Of a DNA stretch of 56,698 nt, positions 9,607 through 20,213 are shown piece by piece (position 1 is the first letter of the stretch; each line of letters begins with the position of its first letter). The stretch is from assembly GCA_964249345.1 (NCBI GenBank), contig CAXUBO010000008.1:1-56698 (forward strand). Reading direction: 5' to 3'. Under the pieces are notes generated by a model. The model was not told the DNA's origin. It searched no databases and saw only the letters and a list, made by a program, of their open reading frames with translations. The translations under genes were made by a program, and so were the position numbers. The DNA comes from an uncultured Armatimonadales bacterium (GTDB taxonomy: Bacteria; Armatimonadota; Armatimonadia; Armatimonadales; Capsulimonadaceae).

Positions 9607-9831
9607 TTATAATGTGTCTTTCATTACACCTTCTGCCGGGGTTCCAGCGCAAGCACTCAAAAATGAGTCTAAGTCGGCCCGCATGATGCGGGGGGCGTGC
9701 GGGGTTATCCGCACGATGCAGAGTTGTCCCATCGCCACCAGGCGGTAAACTGTGCGGCGCGAAACGGTCAGCAGGCGAGCGGCGCTGTCGATAGTGACGA
9801 CCAGTGGTGGCTCTGTCGCAAGATTCTTCAT
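9607..9831 (-). CDS. Excisionase/AlpA-type helix-turn-helix DNA-binding protein (74 aa)
   Basis: LVVTIDSAARLLTVSRRTVYRLVAMGQLCIVRI..PRIMRADLDSFL is the classic HTH_17 / excisionase-family pattern. Confidence 0.75.
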   Translation of the reverse strand: MKNLATEPPLVVTIDSAARLLTVSRRTVYRLVAMGQLCIVRITPHAPRIMRADLDSFLSACAGTPAEGVMKDTL

Positions 9832-10324
9832 GGTTCCTCCAGGGCTATCGTGACTGGATTAGCCCTACGATGACCTTCTGCACGGTGCTGAATTTTACCT
9901 TCAATGATTTGAAGGCGGCAACTGAAGAACTGAGAAACCCCAAAATCCCGACAGGCAGGGGTGCGCGATCACCATCTGTCTAGTGCAATCGAGGAAACAA
10001 GCCCGGTTTGCTGGCGTCTTGCTTCACGCCAAAAAAATGTTCATGCCAGGCGTGAACCTACTGCGCCCCAATGTGCCAAGCGTTCTTCGCCCGGTTTGGA
10101 AGCAGTCTCACCTTACCCGCAGGGATGTCTGTCATATCTGCACAAAAAGCCGACCAGTTGCCGTGCAGCAGTCAAATAAAATTCACAAAACAATTGGCCG
10201 CATTTCGAGCGAAAAAAAGTTGAAAATATCCTGCAGAGCGGCTACTCGACATCCGACGTTGTATGCACCGCCCGAGGCTACTAGCCAAATCACGGCGGAT
10301 TCGTAGTTTCCACAAGAGGATGTC

Positions 10325-11086
10325 ATGCAAGAATATATCAGAACTGAGTTTCGCCCACCCCCCGTCACCCTGGCGGCCACTGGAATGGCCGTGCTGGAGG
10401 CAGTGCATCTTGTCATGCACCGCATCCATGCTCAGGAGATCGAAACAGAGCTTAACGATTTTCCCGGCGACCGTGCGGACGCCGTGCGAAAAACGCCGGC
10501 TCGGGTCATTGCCCGCATCAACCGCGAAATCGGCTGGTCGATTGTGCCTTTGACGGGCAATTATTATGAGGACTTCGAAGCCGCGCTTGAGGATCGAAAC
10601 ATCTATCCCGACCGTGGAAATTTCGTTGCCGGGGCGCGTCCCGTCGGCGGCAAGCGGCCCACCGGAACCACGAATTTCAGCCTGGACCGCTCGACCCTGG
10701 AACTCGTTCTGCTAACCTATTATCTGCTGACCCACTACCTGCCGCGGACACATCCATGGAGCTACTATGGGTTTTTCGATTGGGACGCGGTAGGCACGGC
10801 AGTCATCGGTGCCCAGGTCATGCTCGCGGACAATCGGGGCGCAGCCCTAGACTATATTGCGGAACCGGTATTTGGCGGAGTGCTGGAGGAACGGCTGCGG
10901 CGACTAGAGCGGCTGCTGGAGGGTACGGAGGAATACGTGGTAACCTGCCTCATCTGCTTCGAGTCAATCGTCAGAAATGATGCTGACTCTATCCCGGAAC
11001 TTGATCAGAAGCAATTAGAGGCCGATGGTTTAGTATATCACGCTGATCATGTCAGTTGCCGGCTCTTGTCCAATAAAAGCGATTAG
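10325..11086 (+). CDS. Hypothetical protein (253 aa)
   Basis: ORF track; no motif recognised. Confidence 0.45.
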   Translation: MQEYIRTEFRPPPVTLAATGMAVLEAVHLVMHRIHAQEIETELNDFPGDRADAVRKTPARVIARINREIGWSIVPLTGNYYEDFEAALEDRNIYPDRGNFVAGARPVGGKRPTGTTNFSLDRSTLELVLLTYYLLTHYLPRTHPWSYYGFFDWDAVGTAVIGAQVMLADNRGAALDYIAEPVFGGVLEERLRRLERLLEGTEEYVVTCLICFESIVRNDADSIPELDQKQLEADGLVYHADHVSCRLLSNKSD

Positions 11087-11349
11087 CTCGCGAATGATAA
11101 TCCCGACAAACGGCCAACGAAGATCGTGGCGGGGCGCAGGACTTTGCGTGCCCGTCACGCTCTTTGACTAAATTCTGCCCGGCTTTGAGGGAAAGATGGA
11201 CGACTTGTCCCGGTAATCGGACCCGGAAAATCAAGCCGAACGTAAACAACTCTTCGACAAAGCAGTGTCGCCTAAGTGAGGTATTATAAAGGGTAAAGGC
11301 GTAGTTCTGTTCTACTCCGTCAAACAATGTTCAGCGATGTGAGCTTCTC

Positions 11350-14300
11350 GTGATAGTTTTACAGGAACCACCTATTTTGCAAGACACAAAACAGCACTTG
11401 GAGGCTATGGATGGGGATGCTTTTGAGCGTCTTGTTGTTCGTTGCCTCGGCGAGATGTCGCCGGAACTGCGTGGTCTGGCTGTTCTGGGGCAGAACGATG
11501 ACGGCAAGCCCATTCCGTGCCCCGTGGATGGCCTGTATTTCGTCGCCGCGCCGGAGCCGTGCTGGGTAATGGTCGCCAGCACTACCATGGCGCGTCAGAA
11601 GTTGCGGGGGAAATGGCTAGGAAACGCAGGCAAGGCCGGCGATGTCGACAAAGCGGTCACTTGGTTTAACGAGGCCAAGGTGAAAAGCCCCGGCGTGAAG
11701 GGTCGCCTCATTCTGGCGACGAACCGGTCACTTAGCGGCAATGACAAACTTTACCTGGATGCCGTTTCAGAGGGCAGGAATAGTGGCCTGCAAATGCAGA
11801 TCATCGAGGGTTCGGCCCTAGTACGTTTCCTAGACAATACTCGCGAGGGGCAATCCGTCCGTCAGGAAATTCTAGGCATCCCGGCATTTCTGATCAGTCT
11901 GCCGCTACTTCGTCAGGTCGCCCAGGAGTCGCTCAAAGCTCACTGGCTGCGTTACGGCCCTGGTTTGGAGGAGGCTGATCACCTGATTTCGAGAAAAGCC
12001 CAGGCAGGCATCCGCCGGTCCTTGGCGGCAGGTTCACCCCTTATCGGTCTTCAAGGGGCTTCCGGCTTCGGCAAGTCAGTGCTTGCCCATCAGGTGGCAC
12101 GGGAACGGACAGAAGCAGGCGATGTGGTAATCTGGATTCCCGCCGAACTCATCACGCCAGATGCACCTCTGGCAACAACGCTTTCGGCGGTTCTCAAGAT
12201 GTTCTCAGCCTCCCTTGACGCCAGCGCCGGGGAAGATGCACTGCGACTCGTTGCTGAGCAAGCAAGCCGATTGATCCTTCTCGTGGATGACATCAATCGC
12301 ACGGATCGCCCCATTCAGCTTGTAAAAACGATGAACGGATGGGTTGGCGCAGACAGCTACAGACAGGCAGCAGGCTCTGAGGCGCGAAGGGTCAACAGCG
12401 CTCCGCCCCAGGTGAGTTTCCTTGTTCCCCTCTGGCCGAACGCCTCTGCACCCTCTTATGCCGGAACAGGAGCGGACAAAGCCATGTGGATGCTGTGGCG
12501 TCTTGTGCCCGTTGAGCCGTATTCACAAAAGGAGCGGATCATGCTGGAAGAGCAGCGTCAGGCCGAACACATTCCTGACTTTGAAGGCATCACAGATGCA
12601 CTCAACGGTGACCCTTTTCTCTGCGGACTGGTTTCTCCGCATCTTCGCTTCACTGCCGAAGATTCCCATGCCGAACTAATCAGGCTCATCTTCGAAGACT
12701 TCCTTGCCCAGTCGGCTCAGGCGGCAGAAGAGCGTGCCCGGTCATGCAATATGCTTGTTCTCACTTACGAAGTTATTCAGGCTGTAGATGCTCTTGTTGA
12801 CCTGATGCTCGACCAAGACGAGCCGGACCTCAACTGGACAAGAGTACAAAGCCGTCTCAGCGAGCGCCAGGCTAACATACTTCGCCATGTCGCGGACACG
12901 AACCAGTTGGGCTGGCTGGTCAGCGACCCGCAGCAGGCTGTCTGGCACTGGAAGCACACGCGCTTGCGCGACGCTTTGATCGGACGTCGGCTCGCTGTAG
13001 CCCTCTTCCCGGAGATAGCAACGGAGGGTGACCCGGTAAATTTATCTGAGCAGGTGATTCGTCTTTTGGATAATCCTGGCCTTTGCGAGGCGTGGGCAAT
13101 ATCCTTGGCGTATTTGCCTTCTGCCAGTACCCAATGCGGAGCGATCAAGATTTTGGGGCAGCACGCCCCGCTTGCGCTCGCCCATGCGCTACGGCTTTCG
13201 CTTTTTCCGCAAGAAGCCGCGCCACGCGAGGCGCTCCGAATGGGGCTGAAGACAGCACTTGCGGTGCAGCCCGACCGGTCGAATGAGTTCGTGCCGAGTC
13301 TGCAAACGCTGATACTTGAACAGCTTTCTTTGACGGACGACGATCTTGTGCTTGACATTGTGGAAGGCTTGCCCGTCGCTTGGGACACCGAATTTGCCCG
13401 TTTGAGAAATGGGAATTTGACGGTTGCTCTTGGAATGATCGCAGATGCACAGAGACACAGTTTTCCGCCAGCAGCAAATGATCGTCAACTGGAGGCTTCG
13501 CTGCAAGCCTTCGGCAAGCGGGAGGCCCGTCAGAAAGCGCATTTGATTGAACGCATAAAGGCCGCACTCCAAGACAGCGCTCAGATGAAGGCTGCTGTAC
13601 TTCTGATGGGATACCTCGCATGGCCTGAGTTCTCGGCGTTAATCAGCATCTCATGGCAGCAGCACCGCTCGCTGTTTTTTCCAATAGCCGGGAACTTCAA
13701 CCATGGTCCCTGGCTCTGTTACCTCTGGGCGCTGGGACGATGTTGCACACGGGAGACGAAATCTACTTTGGTGGAACTCCTGCTGGGCGTCGGGCGTCTG
13801 GACGACGAACACCGGGAACATGGAGCGACACAACGCTATTTGCATTTCGGAAGTGGGATGCGGCAAGCCCTGCGTTTTCCCCTGTCGCCTTCGGCTGTGC
13901 AGACCTGGGTGGAAGTCGCTACAGGAACACCCACTATAAGCCGTGACTTGTTCTTCAATTGCCGCCAACAGGAAGAACCGGACATTGTCGAGGCTTATGT
14001 TCGCTGGGCTGCAATCGCGAAGCCGTTCATGCCGGGAGACTTTGTGAGGAGCAGTGATGTTTTGCTTGACCCACAGCCGATTCCGCCAGGTTGGATACAC
14101 GACGCGAAGGTGTATCAGAATAACGACGTGCTCAAGCGTCTATGGGAACTGGTAACGCGGGAGACAAACCAGGAGGTACGTGATCTCGCTTTTACAATGT
14201 GGAAGCGGTCCGCTTCGCATGAAGAAATCGGTTTGTTGCGAAGCATTCGCGAGGATGATGCGCTTTTCGACCCGTCCCTTGAGGTACGTATCCGGCTCGT

Positions 14301-15156
14301 TGACGAGACAGCAGCACCAGCGCTGGCTGCCCGTATCCGCCAAAACCCGGCAGAGTGGTGTGGCTACGCGCCGCGTTTATACCACGATGCGGAAGTACGA
14401 GAGGCGTTTTTGGCGGGCTACCCGGTCGCACTGGAAAAGGCACACTGGGATGTTGAGGCCGCTCCAAGACACCTGCCTCTCAATGCAATTCCTGAATTCG
14501 TCAGTCGGTTGCGGCCATCCCTGCTTCGAGCCTCAGAAACCTGGGTTCCGTTGCTGCTAACTGGTGTCCCAGAGGCGCTTTCACTCGTGCATGAGGCTGT
14601 CGGCCAAGCGAGCCAAGAGGACCTGCAATTTTTGTTCAGCTTCAGCCTTTCATCTGGTGAGCCATTGACCAAAAAAATGCTGGACGCGATTGAACCTGCA
14701 TTGAACCGATGCGAGCCAAATCAGTTGAACTACCTTGTTGAAAAAGCAATCGAAGACGGTCAGGGGGATTGGGTACTTGAGCACCTGCCGGAAATTGTCA
14801 CGGGCGATGGTCATGCGCCTCTCTGGCTGACTGAAGCCGATATTTGGGCGAGCCTTGGCAAGTTAGCCAATTTGGCTCCACAAGGACTTATGGCCGTCTA
14901 TTGTACGAGCGAGTTCCACCGTGTTGTGGACGACAGAGGTCGCCGCCCATTTCTGGCTGACCCTATGATAATCCTGCGTGCATGGATGCGAGAAAATCCT
15001 TCCGCCGATCAGATTTCTGTCGCTGCTCTCATCATTTCAGAAAAGGGCATTCCTGATGATCTTTTATGGTGGAGCAGACTTCAACCCGACGACGTGGGAC
15101 GCCCTCATTGGGAAAACGCCCGCAGACTGCTGAAAATCAGGCGCTGGAAGAATTGA
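11350..15156 (+). CDS. STAND/Avs-like P-loop NTPase with N-terminal effector-like domain and long HEAT/ARM-like helical C-terminus (1268 aa)
   Basis: Walker A LIGLQGASGFGKSVLAHQVA; Walker B RLILLVDDINR. The N-terminal DGDAFERLVVRCLGE..VDGLYF..WVMVASTT..LILATNRS has Mrr_cat-like topology. About 900 aa of helical repeats follow (e.g. DPSLEVRIRLVDETAAPALAARI). The GTG start at 11350 is uncertain; the next ATG is at 11404. Confidence 0.7.
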   Translation: MIVLQEPPILQDTKQHLEAMDGDAFERLVVRCLGEMSPELRGLAVLGQNDDGKPIPCPVDGLYFVAAPEPCWVMVASTTMARQKLRGKWLGNAGKAGDVDKAVTWFNEAKVKSPGVKGRLILATNRSLSGNDKLYLDAVSEGRNSGLQMQIIEGSALVRFLDNTREGQSVRQEILGIPAFLISLPLLRQVAQESLKAHWLRYGPGLEEADHLISRKAQAGIRRSLAAGSPLIGLQGASGFGKSVLAHQVARERTEAGDVVIWIPAELITPDAPLATTLSAVLKMFSASLDASAGEDALRLVAEQASRLILLVDDINRTDRPIQLVKTMNGWVGADSYRQAAGSEARRVNSAPPQVSFLVPLWPNASAPSYAGTGADKAMWMLWRLVPVEPYSQKERIMLEEQRQAEHIPDFEGITDALNGDPFLCGLVSPHLRFTAEDSHAELIRLIFEDFLAQSAQAAEERARSCNMLVLTYEVIQAVDALVDLMLDQDEPDLNWTRVQSRLSERQANILRHVADTNQLGWLVSDPQQAVWHWKHTRLRDALIGRRLAVALFPEIATEGDPVNLSEQVIRLLDNPGLCEAWAISLAYLPSASTQCGAIKILGQHAPLALAHALRLSLFPQEAAPREALRMGLKTALAVQPDRSNEFVPSLQTLILEQLSLTDDDLVLDIVEGLPVAWDTEFARLRNGNLTVALGMIADAQRHSFPPAANDRQLEASLQAFGKREARQKAHLIERIKAALQDSAQMKAAVLLMGYLAWPEFSALISISWQQHRSLFFPIAGNFNHGPWLCYLWALGRCCTRETKSTLVELLLGVGRLDDEHREHGATQRYLHFGSGMRQALRFPLSPSAVQTWVEVATGTPTISRDLFFNCRQQEEPDIVEAYVRWAAIAKPFMPGDFVRSSDVLLDPQPIPPGWIHDAKVYQNNDVLKRLWELVTRETNQEVRDLAFTMWKRSASHEEIGLLRSIREDDALFDPSLEVRIRLVDETAAPALAARIRQNPAEWCGYAPRLYHDAEVREAFLAGYPVALEKAHWDVEAAPRHLPLNAIPEFVSRLRPSLLRASETWVPLLLTGVPEALSLVHEAVGQASQEDLQFLFSFSLSSGEPLTKKMLDAIEPALNRCEPNQLNYLVEKAIEDGQGDWVLEHLPEIVTGDGHAPLWLTEADIWASLGKLANLAPQGLMAVYCTSEFHRVVDDRGRRPFLADPMIILRAWMRENPSADQISVAALIISEKGIPDDLLWWSRLQPDDVGRPHWENARRLLKIRRWKN

Positions 15157-15204
15157 TTTGTATCTGATTGTTCTATTAGATAGAGAGGTTTCAAGGGACC
15201 GACA

Positions 15205-16587
15205 TCATAGTATAATGGTTGCTGTTGTCCCACGCCTGATGTGGCTCTGAAAGACCAGGGTGCCGCCGTGCGCTTCGGCAATGCCTCGGCAGATGGCAAG
15301 GCCGAGGCCCGTGCCGCCTCCCTGACGGGTACGTGCGGAGTCAGGACGGTAGAAACGCTCCCCCAGATGCGCTAAGTGCTCTGGTGCGATACCGGTTCCG
15401 GTGTCTGTCACTGTAACGGCGATTTTGGCACCATCGCGCCGAGCGGACACCGTGATCTTCCCGGTCGGCGGTGTGGCCTGGGCCGCGTTTTGCAGCAAGT
15501 TCGCAAACAAGCGGATTAGCTCGTCTTCATTGCCACAAAACGCGAGGCTTTCTTCTGCCACTTGCAGGCAGATCGGGGAGCCGGCGCGGGCTGTGCGGGC
15601 GACGGCTTGCTCCAAAACTTCGCGTGCCAGCACGGTGATCTGGTTTTGGCCGAGCCGACCTTCATCGGCGCGGGCCAGCAGCAGCAGGTCCTGCACTAAA
15701 CGCGCCATGCTGGTCGCCGCGCCCGCGATTTCACCGGCGGCTTGCTGGACTTCCGCTTCCGAGAAGCCACCGTAGGTAAGTTGGTTCGCGGTTCCTTGAA
15801 TAACCGTCAGCGGCGACTTTAGCTCATGGGACGCATCGGCGGTGAACCGCCGCTGCTGTTCCAGCACTTGCGCTTGACGCCGAAAGCTGGCCTCCAGGCG
15901 CTCCAGCAGGCTGTTGAACGTCCCCGCCATTAACGCGAACTCATCTTCGCCCTGAGCCGGGAGACGCGCTTCCGGGGTGTCGCTCATCGCTGCCGCCGCC
16001 CGCGTGATCTGCTTGACAGGCCGCAGAACACGCGCCGTCAGGGCCGCGCCCCCTAGCCCCGCCGCCACCAGCGCTACCGGAATGAGCAGCAGCAAGGCGC
16101 GGTCAAGTCCTGCGATGGCTCGGTCGACTTCCGTGAGCGGATAGGCCGCTTGCACATATCCGTCTGGCAGGGCCGGGTGTGTCAGGACACGCAGTTCGAC
16201 ACCGTCCGCCGTCACCGTGGTAAAGACCGTTTGGCCCTGCCGCGCCGATCCCAAACGAATGGAGTTAAGAGCGGCGGGGTCCCACGGTGCACGGCGTTGG
16301 CCTGGCCCGCGTGGTTGTCCTTTTGCGGTAAAGAAGCGAGGCTCCAGACCATTGCCCGGTCCCTCCGGGGGCGGTTCCCCCGGCGGTGGTCCGTTAGGGG
16401 GTGGACCTCCCGGCGGATGCAGACCGTGCGGCGGCTGAGTTCGCGCCGTAAGCTGCTGGTCAACTGATCCCAGGATCGCTTCGCCTGCGGCAAAGCGCGT
16501 CACGAACCCCAGCACGACCAGCAGAGCCGTCAGCGTCAGCGCGTTCCACAAGACCAGTTGCAGGTGCAGCGAGCGGAAGCGAATCAA
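15205..16587 (-). CDS. Sensor histidine kinase (HAMP-HisKA-HATPase_c), Pro/Gly-rich periplasmic segment
   Basis: H-box FTADASHELKSPLT; N and G boxes LLQNAAQAT, DTGTGIAPE, GTGLGLAICRGIAEAHGG; N-terminal TM helix. Overlaps the response-regulator stop by 4 nt. Confidence 0.9.
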   Translation of the reverse strand: MIRFRSLHLQLVLWNALTLTALLVVLGFVTRFAAGEAILGSVDQQLTARTQPPHGLHPPGGPPPNGPPPGEPPPEGPGNGLEPRFFTAKGQPRGPGQRRAPWDPAALNSIRLGSARQGQTVFTTVTADGVELRVLTHPALPDGYVQAAYPLTEVDRAIAGLDRALLLLIPVALVAAGLGGAALTARVLRPVKQITRAAAAMSDTPEARLPAQGEDEFALMAGTFNSLLERLEASFRRQAQVLEQQRRFTADASHELKSPLTVIQGTANQLTYGGFSEAEVQQAAGEIAGAATSMARLVQDLLLLARADEGRLGQNQITVLAREVLEQAVARTARAGSPICLQVAEESLAFCGNEDELIRLFANLLQNAAQATPPTGKITVSARRDGAKIAVTVTDTGTGIAPEHLAHLGERFYRPDSARTRQGGGTGLGLAICRGIAEAHGGTLVFQSHIRRGTTATIIL

Positions 16588-17306
16588 GATAAATCCTCTG
16601 TCTCTTCTTCCCTCGTCTCTCCTGCCCTCATTTTTATGTATGGAACACGGAGCGTATATCCCGCCCCGCGCACGGTCTGGATGAGCTTCACAGGAAACGG
16701 GTCGTCCACCTTACGGCGCAGCATCCCGATATACACGTCCACGGTGTTTGAGAAACTGTCCTCGTCCTGCCAGATACGCTCTTGAATGGTCTGCCGGGAC
16801 AGCACGCGGGACTCGTTGGAGGCTAAGGCTTCCAGCAGATCGAACTCGCGCTGGCTCAGGCCGATTTCCTGCCCGGCGCGGGAAACTTTGTGCTGGGCCG
16901 TGTCAATTACAAGGTCGCTGACACGGATGAGGCGGCTCCGATGAACCCGGTCGCGCCGGAGTAAGGCGCGGACCCGCGCCAGAAGCTCGCCGAAGTCAAA
17001 TGGCTTCGGCAGGTAATCGTCGGCCCCTAAATCCAGGCCCCGGATGCGGTCCTGAAAGCCGTCGCGGGCCGTCAGCATCAGAATGGGGACACGGCTGCCG
17101 CTCTCCCGCAGCGCCTCGCAGACCTGCCAGCCGTCCTGCTTCGGCAGCATGACATCCAAAATGACCAGCGCGTACAAAGACTCTTGCGCGAGAGTCAGCC
17201 CCTGCGCCCCGTCTTCCGCCCAGTCCACCTGATACTCGGCCTGGGCCAGTCCGCGCTTCAGCATCCGGGCAATCGCCGGGTCATCCTCGACAATTAAAAT
17301 CTTCAT
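16584..17306 (-). CDS. OmpR-family response regulator
   Basis: Receiver MKILIVEDDP..LDVMLPKQDGWQVC..PILMLTARD..GADDYLPKPF. Winged-helix output LSQREFDLLEAL..VDVYIGMLRRKV..IQTVRGAGY. Confidence 0.92.
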   Translation of the reverse strand: MKILIVEDDPAIARMLKRGLAQAEYQVDWAEDGAQGLTLAQESLYALVILDVMLPKQDGWQVCEALRESGSRVPILMLTARDGFQDRIRGLDLGADDYLPKPFDFGELLARVRALLRRDRVHRSRLIRVSDLVIDTAQHKVSRAGQEIGLSQREFDLLEALASNESRVLSRQTIQERIWQDEDSFSNTVDVYIGMLRRKVDDPFPVKLIQTVRGAGYTLRVPYIKMRAGETREEETEDLS

Positions 17307-17510
17307 GCTTCTCAGTGTAGCCCTGCAACATGAAACGCAAGTGAAAAATCACCCCTTTTCAGCCGTGCGACTTCGCCCTCTTCAGCGCCTCATAGGAAAC
17401 TTCTATGAAAAATGTTTGGTCCTGCCGATTTTTCATCTTCGTTTCATGTTCGGGGCTTAAAGTGTACCTGTCCGCAGCACCAAACCCTTTCACTCAAGGA
17501 GAAGAAACTT

Positions 17511-18296
17511 ATGCACGTCCGAATGTTAGTCCAGGCATCGTCCGCCTGTGTCCTGTTTCTCGCTGGAAGCGCCCTCGCCGCGCCGTCCGGCAGTCTTGCC
17601 CGCCGTGCACCGAGTGCGACCACCACGACCGGAACAACCACAACAACCGGCACTACAACGACCACGGGAACGACCACGACAACCGGCACAACTGGTACGC
17701 CCGGCAACTGCCCTCCCGGCGGCGGACCCGGTGGGCCGAACGGGCAGGGTGGCCCCGGCGGAAACCACGGACAGATGATCATGGGAACGATCACCGCGAT
17801 TGACACCACCGCCGGGACAATCACCGTCGCGCCGACAAGTGGGACAGCAACCACAATCGCGCTCACGACCGCGACTGTTCTGGTCGGCCACGAAACCATT
17901 AGCGCGTCGTCCATCGCCCTCGGCGACACGCTGGAAGTCTCCGGCGTCCCACTGTCCCTGCAAGTCGCCAGCATCGCCGACGACCATGTGAACACGGCGT
18001 CTTCTACCAGCACGACTACAACCACCACGACGACAGCGCCTACGGGAACGACAACCACCACAAGCCATGTTCCCGGAAGCCTGCGCGTCCGGGGTGTCGT
18101 GACGGCCTTAACTCCGCCGACGATCACCGTCAACGACTCGTTTGCGCTGACACTCTCCGTGTCTTCCACCACCACCTATTCTGAGATCGTCACCATCACG
18201 GCCTCTCAGATTGCCGTCGGCGACTCGGTCGTCGCTCAGGTGTCCGGCAGCAGCACGCTCACCGCGACGAAGCTGGATGTGACCGTTCCGTCGTAA
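17511..18296 (+). CDS. Secreted Thr/Gly-rich protein with DUF5666-like beta repeats
   Basis: ATG 17511 follows AAGGAG. Signal peptide MHVRMLVQASSACVLFLAGSALA; (TTTGT)n linker; repeats of type GTITAIDTTAGTITV and VTALTPPTITVND. Confidence 0.6.
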   Translation: MHVRMLVQASSACVLFLAGSALAAPSGSLARRAPSATTTTGTTTTTGTTTTTGTTTTTGTTGTPGNCPPGGGPGGPNGQGGPGGNHGQMIMGTITAIDTTAGTITVAPTSGTATTIALTTATVLVGHETISASSIALGDTLEVSGVPLSLQVASIADDHVNTASSTSTTTTTTTTAPTGTTTTTSHVPGSLRVRGVVTALTPPTITVNDSFALTLSVSSTTTYSEIVTITASQIAVGDSVVAQVSGSSTLTATKLDVTVPS

Positions 18297-18367
18297 GACC
18301 CGGCCTGCGCCGAAACAGACGTGGGCCACGGTTCTCATTCGTGGCCCCTACTTAACGAGAAAAGTGA

Positions 18368-19216
18368 ATGCAAGAAATACAAGCCAAAGAAGAGATGCAA
18401 AAAGAACCCATGCCTCAAGAAGTCCCACCCAAAGAAGGCGCAGCGGCAATGGATCGGCGAACAGCCCTTGGTATCCTCGGCAGCACGCTCGGCGCTCTTG
18501 TGCTGGCGGGATGCGGCGGGGGCGGCTCGACAAGCCTGGGAACGACCGGAACAACGACAACGACCGGAACGACGGGAACAACCACGACCGTTACTGCCCA
18601 TACCGTGACGCCCGAAGGGGAGATTGGGCCGTACTTCACCGACGACAGTGCCTCCGGCTACAGCCGCAGCGCCATCACGTCCAGCATTGACGGCACGAAC
18701 ACGCAGGCAGGCGTTCCGCTAACGCTCAAAGTCTACGTTTACGACAGCGAGAACAGCGATGCTGCGCTGGCGGGGGCGCAGGTGGACATCTGGCACTGCA
18801 ACGCGCTCGGCGTGTATTCCAACGAATCCAGCGAAAACACCCTCGGCCAGTCTTGGCTACGCGGCTACCAGTTGACCGATGCGACCGGCTTGGTGACGTT
18901 CACGACAATCATTCCCGGCTGGTATCAGGGCCGGGCGACCCACATTCACCTGCGCGTGCGCTCCAAGTACGACGAAGCCTCGTCCACAAGCGATGGCACC
19001 AACACAACGCAGGTGTTCTTCCCACAGGCGACGCTCGATGCGCTTTACACGAGCGTCTCACCCTATAGCACAAAGGGTGTGGACACGACGACGAACGCCG
19101 CCGATCACGTCTACACGCCGGAAACGAAAGCAGAAACGGAAGTCCCGCTTGTCGGCAGCGCAGCCGCTGGCTATGCGGCGGCTTTCTCGATCTACCTGCC
19201 AATCACCAGCGCGTAG
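18368..19216 (+). CDS. Tat-signal lipoprotein, intradiol ring-cleavage dioxygenase-like domain
   Basis: MDRRTALGILGSTLGALVLAGC (RR motif plus lipobox). GAQVDIWHCNALGVYS and IIPGWYQGRATHIHLRV match the dioxygenase_C pattern. The true start may be the internal Met at 18449. Confidence 0.7.
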   Translation: MQEIQAKEEMQKEPMPQEVPPKEGAAAMDRRTALGILGSTLGALVLAGCGGGGSTSLGTTGTTTTTGTTGTTTTVTAHTVTPEGEIGPYFTDDSASGYSRSAITSSIDGTNTQAGVPLTLKVYVYDSENSDAALAGAQVDIWHCNALGVYSNESSENTLGQSWLRGYQLTDATGLVTFTTIIPGWYQGRATHIHLRVRSKYDEASSTSDGTNTTQVFFPQATLDALYTSVSPYSTKGVDTTTNAADHVYTPETKAETEVPLVGSAAAGYAAAFSIYLPITSA

Positions 19217-19301
19217 TTCTTCACGACAACGGCGTCTTCACTCAGAGACCAAGTCAAGAGCCACCGCGGCTTAACTGTTTATAGCACGAAAAGGAAAGAC
19301 T

Positions 19302-20174
19302 ATGTTACAACCACCGTTCGCGAATCTGCATCAAGACACACGAAGGCGTTTCCTGCGCCCCGCCGGAGCAGCCTCACTCACCGGAGCAGCCCTGGCGCTC
19401 GCTTTCTTATGGGCAGTGCCTGCAGCCCAGGCTCAGACCACCGGGACGTTCGCGCCTGGCCTCACCGAGTCTGCCTCCGACAGCGGCATCACCCTGCCCT
19501 TCAATTCAGGCGCGGCCACTTACATGGGCTACCTGGATGCGTCAGAGTTTTCTTCTTTCACATCCCCCGTCCTGATCACCGGCATTTCGTTCCGGCTTGC
19601 CACCGGCTATAACAGCCAGATTTTGACGTCGGCTTGGCCGTCGCAAGACCTGACGTTTTCCAACTTCAACATCCAGCTTGCCGAAGCCAGCACGGCGGAC
19701 GAAGCCGCTGGTGACCTGGAAGACAGCACCTCGTTTGCTGCCAACCAGAACGCCGCTACGGCCACGACCGTGCGAAGCGGAGCGCTGACCGTCGCCGCCG
19801 ACTCGTTCACCAACAGCCTGGCGGGAACCAATACGTTTGGCCCGACGATCACGTTCACTACTCCCTATGCTTACGTTCCCGGCGAGAGCCTGACGTACCT
19901 GATTGATCAAAGCGGCCACGGTACGTCGGAAACGCAGGCCGCATTTGCGTCTTCCGACTTCTCGGAGTTTGCGGCGGACGCCCTGGACAGCTCAGATGGT
20001 ACGGGCGTACCGACTGGCTACACGTCCCCACTGATCGTGCAGTTCCAGTATGAAACGGGAGCGGCGGCACCTGTGCCGGAAGCGTCCACTACTATCTCGT
20101 TCGGCGTCCTGCTTGCGCTGGGCGTAGGCGCGGTCATCGTCAAGCGACGGCGTACTCAGAAGCAAGCAGCCTAA
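19302..20174 (+). CDS. PEP-CTERM sorting-domain secreted protein
   Basis: N-terminal signal peptide. C-terminal PVPEASTTISFGVLLALGVGAVIVKRRR gives a PEP motif, a TM helix and a basic tail. Confidence 0.7.
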   Translation: MLQPPFANLHQDTRRRFLRPAGAASLTGAALALAFLWAVPAAQAQTTGTFAPGLTESASDSGITLPFNSGAATYMGYLDASEFSSFTSPVLITGISFRLATGYNSQILTSAWPSQDLTFSNFNIQLAEASTADEAAGDLEDSTSFAANQNAATATTVRSGALTVAADSFTNSLAGTNTFGPTITFTTPYAYVPGESLTYLIDQSGHGTSETQAAFASSDFSEFAADALDSSDGTGVPTGYTSPLIVQFQYETGAAAPVPEASTTISFGVLLALGVGAVIVKRRRTQKQAA

Positions 20175-20213
20175 GCTGCAGCCTCCCCATGACAGAAGAT
20201 CAAAGGATAAACA

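Noticed and set aside
11052-11327. 91-aa minus-strand ORF between the 253-aa ORF and the STAND gene
   Set aside because: It overlaps the 3' end of 10325-11086, has no RBS or recognisable motif, and is more likely the intergenic leader of the STAND gene.
17617-17700. Non-coding microsatellite-like repeats (also at 18541-18590 and 21380-21480)
   Set aside because: They lie in frame within secreted-protein CDSs and encode Thr/Gly linkers. They are coding low-complexity sequence, not independent repeat elements.
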